The notes beneath the pieces are model-generated. The model saw nothing but the letters and a program-made list of their open reading frames with translations. It did not search any database and had not been told where the DNA came from. Made by a program: the position numbers and the translations under genes. DNA of 64,000 nt from Acidimicrobiia bacterium. GTDB taxonomy: Bacteria; Actinomycetota; Acidimicrobiia; Spongiisociales; Spongiisociaceae. The stretch is taken from NCBI GenBank assembly GCA_041576165.1, contig JBFGLM010000009.1, positions 1 through 64,000 on the forward strand, written 5' to 3'. Shown here one piece after another: positions 45,932 to 56,086 of this stretch; the stretch's first letter is position 1, and each line of letters opens with the position of its first letter.

Positions 45932-47373
45932 TGGCGGATCACACCGCGGTCATAGGGATCGAAACCCACGTGGAGCTGGCGACGATGTCGAAGATGTTCT
46001 GCGGCTGCCCGACCGATTTCCACGCCGACCCCAACACGAACATCTGTCCGACCTGTCTCGGATTGCCGGGCGCGCTGCCCGTCCCCAACCAGGCGGCAAT
46101 CGAGATGATCATGAAGATCGGCCTGGCACTGAACTGCACAATTGCCGAACACTCGATCTTCCATCGCAAGAACTACTTCTATGCCGACCTGCCGAAGAAC
46201 TATCAGATCAGCCAGTACGACTACCCCGTCTGCGTGGACGGCAGCCTCGACCTGGTCGACGGCAGCTCGATCCGCATCGAACGGGTTCATCAGGAGGAGG
46301 ACACCGGCAAGTCGTTGCACGTGGGCGGCGACGGGCGGATCACCTCGGCCGAATACTCGTTGCTCGACTTCAACCGCTCGGGCATCCCGCTGGTGGAGAT
46401 CGTCACCCAACCCGACATCACCTCGGCGGCGCAGGCTCGCGTTTATGCCCAGACCCTGCGCGACGTGGTGGCGTCGCTGGGTGTCTCCGATGCCAAGTTG
46501 GAAGAGGGCACGATCCGTTTCGATGCCAACGTTTCGATCAAGGATCCGGACGCGTCCGAGCTTGGCACCAAAGTCGAGATCAAGAACATGAACTCGTTCC
46601 GGTCGCTTGAACGCGCCATTGAGTATGAGATCACCCGCCAGGCAGCGCTGCTCGGCGACGGTGGTCGGGTGCTGATGGAGACCCGGCACTGGGACGAGGA
46701 CGCCGGCGTGACCCGGGGGGGCCGGGTGAAAGAGGGCAGCTCCGATTATCGGTACTTCACCGAGCCGGACCTGGTACCGCTCCACATCCCAGCCGAGTGG
46801 ACCGACAAGGTGAGGGCGGCACTCCCCGAGCTGCCCGGCGCCCGACGCGCGCGATATCAGGCGTTGGGTCTCGACGAGCAGCAGGCCACTGTGCTCGTCG
46901 GCACCGATCCCCAGCTGGCGGCGCTGTTCGAGTCCGCCGTCGCAGCTGGCGCTCCCGCTTCGGCAGCGGCGAACTGGGTGACAGGCGAGATCACTGCCGC
47001 GCTGCGGCGCGGCGAGCAGTCGGTGAGTGATACGCCCCTCGATGGGCCCGGGGTTGCAGAGCTCGTTGCGCTCGTGGGCGAGGGAGTGGTCTCCGCCTCT
47101 GCCGCCAAAGACGTGCTGGCCGGGGTGCTGGCGGGAGAGGGAGGTCCCCGAGCTGTCGCTGAGGCGCGCGATCTGATTCAGATCTCGGACTTCGGGGCCC
47201 TGGAAGCGGCCGTTGACGAGATCATCGCCGCCAACCCGGATGAATTCGCCCGCCTGCGGGCTGGGGAACAGAAGCTGATTGGCTTCTTCGTCGGTCAGGT
47301 CATGCGGTCCACCGGCGGCAAGGCCGACCCGGGAGCGGTCAGCGGGATCGTGCGGGACCGGGCCGGGCTCTGA
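45931..47373 (+). CDS. gatB: Asp/Glu-tRNA amidotransferase subunit B
   Basis: IGIETHVEL, RKNYFYADLPKNYQISQ, VEIKNMNS. Confidence 0.96.
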   Translation: MADHTAVIGIETHVELATMSKMFCGCPTDFHADPNTNICPTCLGLPGALPVPNQAAIEMIMKIGLALNCTIAEHSIFHRKNYFYADLPKNYQISQYDYPVCVDGSLDLVDGSSIRIERVHQEEDTGKSLHVGGDGRITSAEYSLLDFNRSGIPLVEIVTQPDITSAAQARVYAQTLRDVVASLGVSDAKLEEGTIRFDANVSIKDPDASELGTKVEIKNMNSFRSLERAIEYEITRQAALLGDGGRVLMETRHWDEDAGVTRGGRVKEGSSDYRYFTEPDLVPLHIPAEWTDKVRAALPELPGARRARYQALGLDEQQATVLVGTDPQLAALFESAVAAGAPASAAANWVTGEITAALRRGEQSVSDTPLDGPGVAELVALVGEGVVSASAAKDVLAGVLAGEGGPRAVAEARDLIQISDFGALEAAVDEIIAANPDEFARLRAGEQKLIGFFVGQVMRSTGGKADPGAVSGIVRDRAGL

Positions 47374-47378
47374 TCCCG

Positions 47379-48017
47379 GTGGGCTGCCGCCGTCCCGTTG
47401 TCTTCGACCTCGATGGGGTGCTGATCGATTCGGAAAGGCTCGCCTGGGATGCGTGGCGCACCGTGCTTGGCCGATACGAGATGTCGGTGAGCGATGAGGA
47501 TTGCGCCACGCTCACCGGCCGTACCGAGCGGGTCGCATATGAGCACTTCGCGGCCCGGGGCGGGCTCCCCGAGTTCGAGCGGTTCTGGGAAGAGATTGCA
47601 GCCGTGACCTTCGAGCTGTTCGATGCACGGCTGACCGCGTACGAGGACGCCGTCGACACCCTTGATTACCTCACCGACCGGGGCTTTCAGGTGGCGGTGG
47701 CCTCGTCGAGCCCTCGGGCGCGGGTCGATCTGTCGTTGCGATTCGTGCAGCTGGACGGCAGGTTTGATTTCGTCGTTGGTGGTGACGAGGTCGCTAACGG
47801 CAAACCAGACCCAGAGATTTTCTTGGCGGCGGCGGCCGGGCTGGGCGTGGCGGCGTCCGACTGCATCGCAGTCGAGGATGCGCCGGCCGGGGTGCAAGCG
47901 GCCAAAGCTGCCGGGATGCGGGTGGTCGCGGTCGAACGCGGCATGTTCAGCCGGGAAGAGTTGTCCGACGCCGACCTGATCGTGCCCCGTCTGACACCGG
48001 CCCCGTTTCTGGACTAG
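47379..48017 (+). CDS. HAD family phosphatase (beta-PGM-like)
   Basis: FDLDGVLIDSE, KPDP, VEDAPAG. Confidence 0.88.
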   Translation: MGCRRPVVFDLDGVLIDSERLAWDAWRTVLGRYEMSVSDEDCATLTGRTERVAYEHFAARGGLPEFERFWEEIAAVTFELFDARLTAYEDAVDTLDYLTDRGFQVAVASSSPRARVDLSLRFVQLDGRFDFVVGGDEVANGKPDPEIFLAAAAGLGVAASDCIAVEDAPAGVQAAKAAGMRVVAVERGMFSREELSDADLIVPRLTPAPFLD

Positions 48018-48029
48018 AGGAGGCCCACT

Positions 48030-49256
48030 ATGCGGTTCGAACGAACGAAATTCCCCGGCGGGCTCGGACACCCAGTCTCCGCCCGGCTCGATCTGCCGGT
48101 GGACGGTGAGCCGGTTGCTTACGCCATCTATACCCACTGCTTCACCTGCACGAAGAATCTGCGGGCAGTGGGCCACATCGCCAATGCGCTGACGTCGTGC
48201 GGGATCGCAATGCTGCGCTTCGACTTCACCGGCCTCGGCGAGTCGGAAGGGGATTTTGCCGACACCACCTTCACCTCCAACGTCGAGGATGTGCTGGCGG
48301 CGGCCCGTTACCTAGAGAAGAAATTTGCGGCGCCACGGCTGCTCGTGGGCCATTCGATGGGTGGCACCGTGGCGATCCGGGCGTCCCAACAGCTGCCGGC
48401 GGTGGACGCGGTCGCAGTGATCGGCGCGCCGGCCAATCCGGAGCATGTGCGCCGGCATCTCGGGCACGCAGAGGAAACCATCGAGGAACAGGGGGAGGCC
48501 ACCGTCATGCTCGCCGGGCGCCCGTTCCGACTCAAGCGGGCGTTCCTGGAAGACGTCGAAGCGGCGTCGCTCGAAAAGTCAGTGGTCGGCATGCGCCAGA
48601 GCCTGCTGATCCTGCATTCGCCGACGGACAACTTCGTCGGCATCGAGAACGCGAGCGAGCTGTTCATGACGGCCCGGCATCCCAAGAGCTTCGTTTCGCT
48701 CACCGGGGCCGACCACCTTCTGACGGATGACGCCGATGCGGCGTATGTCGGGCAGGTGATTGCCGCCTGGTCCACCCGCTACCTCGGCATCGACCAGGCA
48801 GCCGTCAAAGCTCCCGACTTCACCTCCGACGCGCCGGAAAGCGTCGTTACCGTACGCACCGAAGATGGATTCCGCACCGATGTGATCGCCAATGGCTTTC
48901 CCTTCGTGGCCGACGAACCGTTCGAGCTGGGAGGCACCAATCTCGGTCCCAGCCCGTACGAATACTTGCTCGTGGCGCTGGGTTCATGCACGTCGATGAC
49001 GATCCGCATGTACGCGGATCGCAAGCGGTGGCCTCTCGAGTCCGTGACGGTCCGGCTCACCCACAACAAAGTCCACGCCCGTGATTTTACCGACGTTGAG
49101 AACACGGAAGGCATGGTGGATCACATCACCCGCACGCTCGACCTCGTGGGTGATCTCGACGATGACCAGCGGTCCCGTCTGGTAGAGATCGCCGAGCGTT
49201 GTCCGGTGCATCGAACACTGCACGGCACGGTGGTGGTGGACACCACGCTCGCGTGA
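48030..49256 (+). CDS. Alpha/beta hydrolase-OsmC fusion protein
   Basis: HCFTC, GHSMGG; ALGSCTSMT..ERCPVHRTL. Confidence 0.9.
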   Translation: MRFERTKFPGGLGHPVSARLDLPVDGEPVAYAIYTHCFTCTKNLRAVGHIANALTSCGIAMLRFDFTGLGESEGDFADTTFTSNVEDVLAAARYLEKKFAAPRLLVGHSMGGTVAIRASQQLPAVDAVAVIGAPANPEHVRRHLGHAEETIEEQGEATVMLAGRPFRLKRAFLEDVEAASLEKSVVGMRQSLLILHSPTDNFVGIENASELFMTARHPKSFVSLTGADHLLTDDADAAYVGQVIAAWSTRYLGIDQAAVKAPDFTSDAPESVVTVRTEDGFRTDVIANGFPFVADEPFELGGTNLGPSPYEYLLVALGSCTSMTIRMYADRKRWPLESVTVRLTHNKVHARDFTDVENTEGMVDHITRTLDLVGDLDDDQRSRLVEIAERCPVHRTLHGTVVVDTTLA

Positions 49257-49304
49257 TCGGTCCGCTTCCCGCCGTTCACGGCCCCCGCCACTATCCTCGC
49301 ACCG

Positions 49305-49505
49305 ATGTTTCAGTTCTTCGCTCAGGTGGGTGACACGGTCAATGAGGCCAGGAGCCTCTTTGCCGAGAACCTGACGCTGGTCATCGCCATCGGCCTGACG
49401 GCACTGGTCGCCTGGTGGATATTCAAGAAGATCTTCAAGCTCGCCCTCTATGCGGGGGTCGCCGGGTTCATCGCCTGGATCTGGTACTTCAACATACGCG
49501 GGTGA
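49305..49505 (+). CDS. Small membrane protein
   Basis: Two hydrophobic helices; TATCCT -10 seven nt before the ATG. Confidence 0.7.
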   Translation: MFQFFAQVGDTVNEARSLFAENLTLVIAIGLTALVAWWIFKKIFKLALYAGVAGFIAWIWYFNIRG

Positions 49506-49512
49506 TTCCGAC

Positions 49513-49545
49513 GCGATGATGGGGACCTTGGGTCCCCATCATCGC
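49513..49545. terminator. Perfect 15-bp hairpin between convergent genes
   Basis: GCGATGATGGGGACC-TTG-GGTCCCCATCATCGC. Confidence 0.75.
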
Positions 49546-49564
49546 CTGGCACCTTTCGATGGCA

Positions 49565-50623
49565 TCAGCGCCGGTGACGCCTGGTTCCCCCGTCTTTCAG
49601 CTGTTTGCGCTCGGGTGATTCTCGCTCGGCTGGCCGATCTTCGCTCTTGCGGCCCTCGCGTCCAGCCTCTGACCCGTCACGGCCATCGCGTCCAGCCTCC
49701 GAGCCGTCACGGCCGCCCAATTCGTCGCCGTGCCGCCGCTCTCGTGGCTTGGCGTCGGGATCCTGCCGAGGTGGATCGGATTTCTTGGCTTCTGGGTTGG
49801 AAGCGCTGATGCATTCCCGCATGGCCTGACGGTCACCAAGGTGGGATTCGATGCACGTGAGTCTGGTCGTGATCGGCTCGACGAGACGGGCAATCCGCAT
49901 TTGCGCCTTCTCGGAGAGCTCGGCCAGCGCCTCGTCAGTAATGCCGAAAGCCTCCGGCGTGGGAGCGTCGCCGCACGCGGCTATGTCGGGGGGCTCGGGT
50001 TCGTGGAGACGGTCGCCGATCACGCAACGGCGCCACTCGCGGGCGGCAACCCGATAGTCCGCAACGGACTGCAGCATGGCGGCCACCTCCGGTGGAATCC
50101 GGTGAACTACCGGCTTCTCGTCGGGACGATCGGGATGGTCTTTGGCGCTATCGTCGTGGCCGACCATCGTGGTGTCGGTCGTCGTGGTAGCGGTTGGCGA
50201 CGGCTCCTCCTCGTCTGAGGATTGGTCGGAGGCGACGGCCGGCGGCTGGGCCGCGTCGGCCACCTTCGGCTCCGGCAGGCCCAGCGAGGACGTGATTTGG
50301 CTGACAGCGCTGCCGACCTCGGCCGGCAGAACCCCCGCGTAGGCGGCTCCGCCGGTGGCGATCATGAGCGCAGCGGCCACCCCCGCCACCCGGGCGAGAG
50401 CCGTCATCCTCTGGCGCCCGCCGCGGGGCGGCGCGCTCGCCAGCTCAGCGGCCAGGGTGGCGGCCGCAGTGACGTGGCGGGCAGCGGCATCTTCCGCCGG
50501 CGGATGTTCACGCAGGTTGCGGAGCGTTTCGGCGGCGTCGATGAGCTGCTCGTCGTTCGGGTCTATTTCGAGTTCGGCCGCCAGCTCGTCGCGGCCGGTG
50601 CCGTTCCTTGAGTTCTCAGTCAT
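49565..50623 (-). CDS. Putative anti-sigma factor (single TM)
   Basis: Directly downstream of the ECF sigma; TM VAGVAAALMIATGGAAYAGVL; low-complexity extracytoplasmic part. Confidence 0.65.
   Translation of the reverse strand: MTENSRNGTGRDELAAELEIDPNDEQLIDAAETLRNLREHPPAEDAAARHVTAAATLAAELASAPPRGGRQRMTALARVAGVAAALMIATGGAAYAGVLPAEVGSAVSQITSSLGLPEPKVADAAQPPAVASDQSSDEEEPSPTATTTTDTTMVGHDDSAKDHPDRPDEKPVVHRIPPEVAAMLQSVADYRVAAREWRRCVIGDRLHEPEPPDIAACGDAPTPEAFGITDEALAELSEKAQMRIARLVEPITTRLTCIESHLGDRQAMRECISASNPEAKKSDPPRQDPDAKPRERRHGDELGGRDGSEAGRDGRDGSEAGREGRKSEDRPAERESPERKQLKDGGTRRHRR
49656..49714. repeat. 30-bp tandem duplication encoding GRDGSEAGRD/E
   Basis: TCGCGTCCAGCCTC(T/C)GA(C/G)CCGTCACGGCC at 49656 and 49686. 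Confidence 0.7.
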
Positions 50624-50648
50624 ACATACGGGTAACCGTACGAACCGC

Positions 50649-51182
50649 TCAGGGGGTTACTCCGAATGCTTGCGATCGCTCGCGCAGCCGCTGCAGTCCC
50701 CGACGCTGAGCCGCTTTGACCGCGTTCTCCTTTTTGCCGAGGATCCGGGCCGTCTCGGCAATGCTCAGGTCGGCCACGATCCGCAGCAGCAGCACGTCAC
50801 GTTGGTCGGGCGACAGCCGGGCCAGCAGGGATGCGATTTCGTCTGTGACCAGCACCTCGATCGCCTCTTCCTCTGTGTCTCCGGTCACCACCACGTCGAG
50901 CGCAACGGATTCACGGTCTAGTTTGCGGCGGGCGTCGACGACCCGGTTGTGGGCCATCATGAACAACCACGACCGGAATGACGACTCGTCCCCAGTGAAA
51001 CGGGCGAGGTTGCGGGCCAGATCGGCGAAGACGTCACCGACGACTCCGTCGGGATCGGCCACACCCTGACCGGCAGCGTAACCGCGGATCGGTCCCGCAT
51101 ATCGATCGTACAGTACCGACCAGGCGAACTCGTTGCCTGTGATGGCGCGTTCTAGGAGCTGTTCGAATGTCGCCTGATGCAT
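50649..51182 (-). CDS. ECF RNA polymerase sigma factor
   Basis: SFRSWLFMMAHNRVVD; LSPDQRDVLLLR..SIAETARILG..VK; start 51182 or up to 51209. Confidence 0.9.
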   Translation of the reverse strand: MHQATFEQLLERAITGNEFAWSVLYDRYAGPIRGYAAGQGVADPDGVVGDVFADLARNLARFTGDESSFRSWLFMMAHNRVVDARRKLDRESVALDVVVTGDTEEEAIEVLVTDEIASLLARLSPDQRDVLLLRIVADLSIAETARILGKKENAVKAAQRRGLQRLRERSQAFGVTP

Positions 51183-51341
51183 CCCCGGCATCCGCCTGTG
51201 TGAGGTCATTGGTTACTCGCACGCTAGGCGTTCGAGGTTCACCGACTCCGGGACTTTGGTTTTTGCGGACGGCCCACCGGCTCATGAGAATGCGCTGGTC
51301 CGGTGCGGGACACCGGGCCCAATCCAGTTCCAGGAGCGTTC

Positions 51342-52925
51342 ATGCGTCCCGTTGTTGTTGTCGCAGAGCAGATCGCCGAAGCGGGCCTCGACGCGCTGGA
51401 GGCGGTGGCCGACGTTCGGGTCGGGGTCGGGCTCGGCCGCGAAGAACTTCGGGGCCTGCTGGCCGACGCCGATGGATTGGTGGTCCGCTCGGGAACCCAG
51501 GTCGATCACGACTTGCTGGGCGCAGCACCCCGGCTGCGGGTTGTTGGCCGGGCCGGGGTAGGGGTGGACAACATCGACCTGGAGGCCGCCACGGCCGCCG
51601 GCGTGCTGGTTGTCAACGCCCCCCAGGCCAACATCGTGTCCGCAGCCGAGCACACCATGGCGCTGCTCCTGGCCCAGGCCCGCCACATCCCGGCGGCGGA
51701 CGCTTCCATGCGAGCGGGCCGATGGGACCGCAAGGTATATGTAGGTGTCGAGCTGACAGGCAAGACCCTCGGCGTGCTCGGGCTCGGCCGGATCGGCACA
51801 CTCGTGTCGCAGCGGGCGTCGGCGTTCGGAATGCGAATTGTGGCGTACGACCCGTACGTGACCGCCCAGCGGGCGCGTCAGCTGGGTGTGGAGCTCGTCG
51901 AGACGCCCAATGAGCTGTTTGCCGCATCCGATTTCATCACCGTTCATCTGCCCAGGACCACCGAAACCGAGGGTCTGGTCGGAGCTGATGCCTTCGCCAA
52001 GATGAAGGACGGTGTGCGAATCGTGAACGCCTCCCGGGGAGGGATCGTCGACGAAACTGCGCTGGTCGACGCGATTCAAACGGGGAAGGTCGGGGGTGCG
52101 GCGATCGACGTGTTCGCTGAGGAGCCCCCGAGCGGCAGCCTCCTTCTTTCGCTGCCCGAGGTGGTGCTGACCCCGCATCTGGGGGCGTCGACAGTCGAGG
52201 CCCAGCAGCGGGCCGGCGCGAATGTGGCTGAAGCGGTTGCGGCCGCCCTGCGCGGGGAGTTGGTGATGTCAGCCGTCAATGTGGATCTTGGGCCGGAGGT
52301 GGCTGACGACGTGCAGCCCTACTTGCCGTTGGTCGAACACCTGGGTCGGGTGCTGGTGGCGCTGGGCGGCGGAGCTCCGCACGAGACGACGCTCACCGCC
52401 GGCGGCCGGCTGGCAGCGTTCGACACAAAAGCCCTGCACCTAGCCGCCCTGAAGGGAATCCTCGCCGGCATCCGCGAAGAGGCAATTTCGTACGTGAACG
52501 CAGCTGCCGTGGCGGCCGAGCACGGCATCATCGTCACCGGCCAGACCGATGAGGAAGCCGCCGAGTATGTGTCGACGGTACGACTCAGCGGAACAGCGGG
52601 CGGCAAGGAGATCTCGGTGGCGGGCACAGTCGGGCGGCGGGGACCAACGCTGATCGAGGTCCGCGGACTGAAGATCGAGCTTCCCGCCCACCAGCATCTC
52701 TTGCTGATCCGCAACGTCGACGTGCCGGGAGTGATCGGGCGGATCGGCACCTACATCGGTGATCTGGGAGTGAACATCCAAGACATGGTCGTCGGCCGTT
52801 CTGAGGTGACCGGGGAGGCGGCCATGATGGGGATCGGAATCAACCGGCGGATGACGCCGGACGAGGTGGCCGGGTTGCGGGCACTGGATGGGGTCACCGG
52901 CGCGGAGTATGTGGGCCTGGAATAG
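51342..52925 (+). CDS. serA: D-3-phosphoglycerate dehydrogenase
   Basis: RAGVGVDNID, GLGRIG, TPHLGAST, C-terminal ACT domain; SD AGGAG. Confidence 0.95.
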   Translation: MRPVVVVAEQIAEAGLDALEAVADVRVGVGLGREELRGLLADADGLVVRSGTQVDHDLLGAAPRLRVVGRAGVGVDNIDLEAATAAGVLVVNAPQANIVSAAEHTMALLLAQARHIPAADASMRAGRWDRKVYVGVELTGKTLGVLGLGRIGTLVSQRASAFGMRIVAYDPYVTAQRARQLGVELVETPNELFAASDFITVHLPRTTETEGLVGADAFAKMKDGVRIVNASRGGIVDETALVDAIQTGKVGGAAIDVFAEEPPSGSLLLSLPEVVLTPHLGASTVEAQQRAGANVAEAVAAALRGELVMSAVNVDLGPEVADDVQPYLPLVEHLGRVLVALGGGAPHETTLTAGGRLAAFDTKALHLAALKGILAGIREEAISYVNAAAVAAEHGIIVTGQTDEEAAEYVSTVRLSGTAGGKEISVAGTVGRRGPTLIEVRGLKIELPAHQHLLLIRNVDVPGVIGRIGTYIGDLGVNIQDMVVGRSEVTGEAAMMGIGINRRMTPDEVAGLRALDGVTGAEYVGLE

Positions 52926-52939
52926 ACCGGTCGGCCGGG

Positions 52940-53392
52940 TCATCCCAGGAACCATTGCAGCAGCCAACCCAGCGCCAACCCCCAGCCGCCGGCGACCAGA
53001 TCGTCGGCGGTGACACCAACGGCGCCGCCCAACCGCTCGGCGGCTGCAACTCCCGGCGCCGTCTTGGTGATGTCGGCGACCCGAAACACCACGAACGCCA
53101 GTGCCGCCCCGGCAGGCCCGAGACCGATGGTGGCCAGCAGTGTCCCGGCTGCCTCGTCCACCACCACCCAGCCCGGATCCCCCTCAGCGGCTGCGAAAGG
53201 ACGGGTCGACCACAGCGACGCGATGGTGACGGCGACAGCGGCGGCCGCCTGGGCCCACCAGCCAACCTGTGCCAGACCCCAGACGAGCAGCAGCGTGGCA
53301 GCGGCGGCCAGGGTTCCGGAGCCCCCGTCGTCGCCGCGAATTCGACGCAGGATCAGACCGGTTCCGAACCAAGATGCGATCACCCGTTGCAC
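52940..53392 (-). CDS. pgpA: Phosphatidylglycerophosphatase A
   Basis: Start reassigned to GTG 53392; SGT; DPGWVVVDE; FRVADITK; DDLVAG. Confidence 0.85.
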   Translation of the reverse strand: MQRVIASWFGTGLILRRIRGDDGGSGTLAAAATLLLVWGLAQVGWWAQAAAAVAVTIASLWSTRPFAAAEGDPGWVVVDEAAGTLLATIGLGPAGAALAFVVFRVADITKTAPGVAAAERLGGAVGVTADDLVAGGWGLALGWLLQWFLG

Positions 53393-53473
53393 GCGTCCGA
53401 AGTTAGAGGATCCCGGTAGCAGTCGCCCGGCGGCAGCGTATCCGCGATCTTTGGCGGTAGCCTGCGCGGTGAT

Positions 53474-55396
53474 ATGCGTCCCCAGGATCTCAGCCGGTTC
53501 CGCACCGTGGCCCGGCCCCACCTCCACCCCGACGGCCACCGGGTCTGTTTCGACGTCGCCCAGATCGACCTCGATGAGGACCGATATCTGCGCCGCGTGT
53601 GGTTGTGGGATGGCGAAGCCCGCCCGTTCACAGCCGGCCCGGGCGACTCGAATGCCAGGTGGTCGCCCGGTGGGAGCCGGCTCGCGTTTCTCCGCCAGCC
53701 GGGCAAGGACCCGGCTCAGCTGGCGGTGATGCCGGCCGAGGGCGGCGAGGCGGAAATCATCACCGACTTCTCGCTCGGCGTGAATGGCTTTGAATGGTCG
53801 CCCGGCTCGGACCGCATCGCGGTCGAAGCGACAACTTGGCTCTCCGACTGGGCCGAGCTCGATGACGAGGAGCGGGCGCGCAAGCCGCGCAGGGTCGAGC
53901 ACGCTGTCTACCGGTTCGACAACCAGGGGTGGCGCCACGACCGGCGAACCCAGGTGTGGCTGGTGGATCCCTCCGGAGGCGCCGAGCCGGAACGGCTCAC
54001 CGACGGTGAGGCTGACGAAATCGCCCCGGTGTGGAGCCCCGACGGGACCCGGGTGGCGCTGCTCACCGTGCTCGACGACCCCAAACGGATGGCCCCCGGC
54101 ACCGACATCCTCGAGGTCGAGCGGGCCAGCGGTGCGGTCACGATCCGGCACCGCCAGGGCGGCTGGTCGGCGCTGGCGTACCGCCCCGACGACACGTTGC
54201 TGGCGGTAGGCGACGTCGACCCGATGGCGTATCCGAGCCTGTCGACCCTGTGGTCCATCGAGGCCGACGAGCCCCGCGACCGGACCGGCCACCTCGATCG
54301 TTCGATCTGGAGCTTTCTCCTGCCCCCGGAGATGGCTCGACCGGTGTGGCTCGAGGACGGCTACCTCGTCGGCTGGGAGGACAGCGGCCGCCTAGGCGTT
54401 GTCCGCATGGACGCGGCTGGTGGCTGCGAGCCGGTGATCGAGGGCGATCGCTACGTCACGGGCTTCGCCGCCGCCGAAGACGGCTCCCGGATCGTTTTCA
54501 CAGCCACCGACCCGACCAACCCGGGTGAGCTCTATGAGCTGACGGCGGAGGGGGAGCGTCCGCTGACCACCATGAACGACGAGTTCCGGGGCTCGGTACC
54601 CATGTACCGCCCGCACCATTTGCGGGTGACGTCGGACGGCGTCGACATCGACGTGTGGGTGGTGCTGCCGGACGGTGCGGAATCCGTCCCGGTCTTGCTC
54701 AACATTCATGGTGGGCCCGCCAGCCAATACGGCTTCTCGTTCTTCGACGAGTTCCAGGTGTATGCCGGGGCCGGTTTCGGGGTAGTGGCATGCAACCCCC
54801 GGGGCTCGTCCGGCCGCGGGTTGAAGTTCCTGCGAGCCGTGGTGGGGGAGGGGTGGGGTGAGGTCGATGTGGCCGACGTCGCCGCCGCACTGGAGGGAGC
54901 GCTGGCCGCCCATCCCCGGCTGGATGCAGCCCGGGTTGGGATCATGGGTGGTTCATACGGCGGATTCCTCACCGCGTGGATGACGGGTCGCGACCATGGT
55001 TTCGCATCGGCGGTGGTCGAACGGGCCTTGATCAACTGGGAGTCGTTCGCCGGGACGTCCGATATTGCACCCCATTTCTCGGCCTGGTATCTGGGGGCAG
55101 TTCCCCCAGGAGGGCGGGACGTGCTGGGCGCGGTCAGCCCGTCCACGTATGCCGACCGCATCACCACCCCGACGCTCATCATCCATTCCGAGGAAGACTT
55201 CCGCTGCCCCATCGAGCAAGCCGAGCAGCTGTTCATGACGCTGCTGCGCAACGGCGTCGACGTGTCGTTGTTACGTTTTCCAGGCGAGAGCCACGAGCTC
55301 AGCCGCTCCGGCAAGCCGCGCCACCGGGTCGAGCGTTTCGACGCGATCCTGGATTGGCACCGCCGCTATCTGGGGCCGGGGCCCGAATCCAGTTAG
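53474..55396 (+). CDS. S9 family (prolyl oligo/acylaminoacyl) peptidase
   Basis: Propeller repeats; IHGGP; GGSYGG; EDFRCP; ESHELSR. Confidence 0.92.
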   Translation: MRPQDLSRFRTVARPHLHPDGHRVCFDVAQIDLDEDRYLRRVWLWDGEARPFTAGPGDSNARWSPGGSRLAFLRQPGKDPAQLAVMPAEGGEAEIITDFSLGVNGFEWSPGSDRIAVEATTWLSDWAELDDEERARKPRRVEHAVYRFDNQGWRHDRRTQVWLVDPSGGAEPERLTDGEADEIAPVWSPDGTRVALLTVLDDPKRMAPGTDILEVERASGAVTIRHRQGGWSALAYRPDDTLLAVGDVDPMAYPSLSTLWSIEADEPRDRTGHLDRSIWSFLLPPEMARPVWLEDGYLVGWEDSGRLGVVRMDAAGGCEPVIEGDRYVTGFAAAEDGSRIVFTATDPTNPGELYELTAEGERPLTTMNDEFRGSVPMYRPHHLRVTSDGVDIDVWVVLPDGAESVPVLLNIHGGPASQYGFSFFDEFQVYAGAGFGVVACNPRGSSGRGLKFLRAVVGEGWGEVDVADVAAALEGALAAHPRLDAARVGIMGGSYGGFLTAWMTGRDHGFASAVVERALINWESFAGTSDIAPHFSAWYLGAVPPGGRDVLGAVSPSTYADRITTPTLIIHSEEDFRCPIEQAEQLFMTLLRNGVDVSLLRFPGESHELSRSGKPRHRVERFDAILDWHRRYLGPGPESS

Positions 55397-55461
55397 CGGC
55401 ACGCGAATTGTCAGAAGGTTGAAACGACGGCAAACTCGACGCGTCGCCGCGGAGGACCGCC

Positions 55462-56001
55462 ATCGGTCAGCAACCCAATATCGAACTCGACGGGTCCGAT
55501 CTTCCCCGCATCGAGCCCGAACGGGCCGCGGAGCGCCGCTGGTCGCCGAACCGTCCCGGCGAGATCACGGCTCCCTCGGACATGCCCCAGAGCCCAGCCT
55601 TCGGCCGCCCGGGCCCGGACACCGGCTGGGCGCTGCGGCTGCTGCGGTTTGCGGACTATGACCGGATGGCAGCCGGTCCCCACGCCGACGATGTGTTGGT
55701 GGCGCTCATGTCGGCCCGGGCGTCCCGGCTGGGACGAGCTCCGACCAAGGAAGACGTGGAGGCGGCGCTCGTTCTTCTGGGCCTGCAACCCGATGGCCTC
55801 GAAGCCGAGACACTTCGAGTGCTCGCCGATCACCGGGCGGCATGGCTCCACGCCGCCGCTCATGAGTGGTCAAAGGGAACGGCGGCCCTCGAAGCCATCC
55901 CGACCGCGCTCCTGCTGGAGACGCCCATCCATCTGCGGACTCGCCTCAACCAGAACCCGCGCCTGATCGGGTCCGGCCCGCTGGAAGGCCACCCGGTCTA
56001 G
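55462..56001 (+). CDS. Hypothetical protein, candidate ATC start
   Basis: Open frame extends 40 codons upstream of ATG 55582 to ATC 55462, preceded by GGAGGA. Confidence 0.6.
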   Translation: MGQQPNIELDGSDLPRIEPERAAERRWSPNRPGEITAPSDMPQSPAFGRPGPDTGWALRLLRFADYDRMAAGPHADDVLVALMSARASRLGRAPTKEDVEAALVLLGLQPDGLEAETLRVLADHRAAWLHAAAHEWSKGTAALEAIPTALLLETPIHLRTRLNQNPRLIGSGPLEGHPV

Positions 56002-56086
56002 CCTGCCGCGTGGCTCGGCCGTAATCTCCGAGCCAAGGGCGTCCGAAGCTGGGCGCATGTCGACCACGAGCGTCGGATGGGTTGGG

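Noticed and set aside
51296-51320. Riboswitch upstream of serA
   Set aside because: Only a single CCGGTG/CACCGG hairpin; no ZTP or glycine consensus visible.
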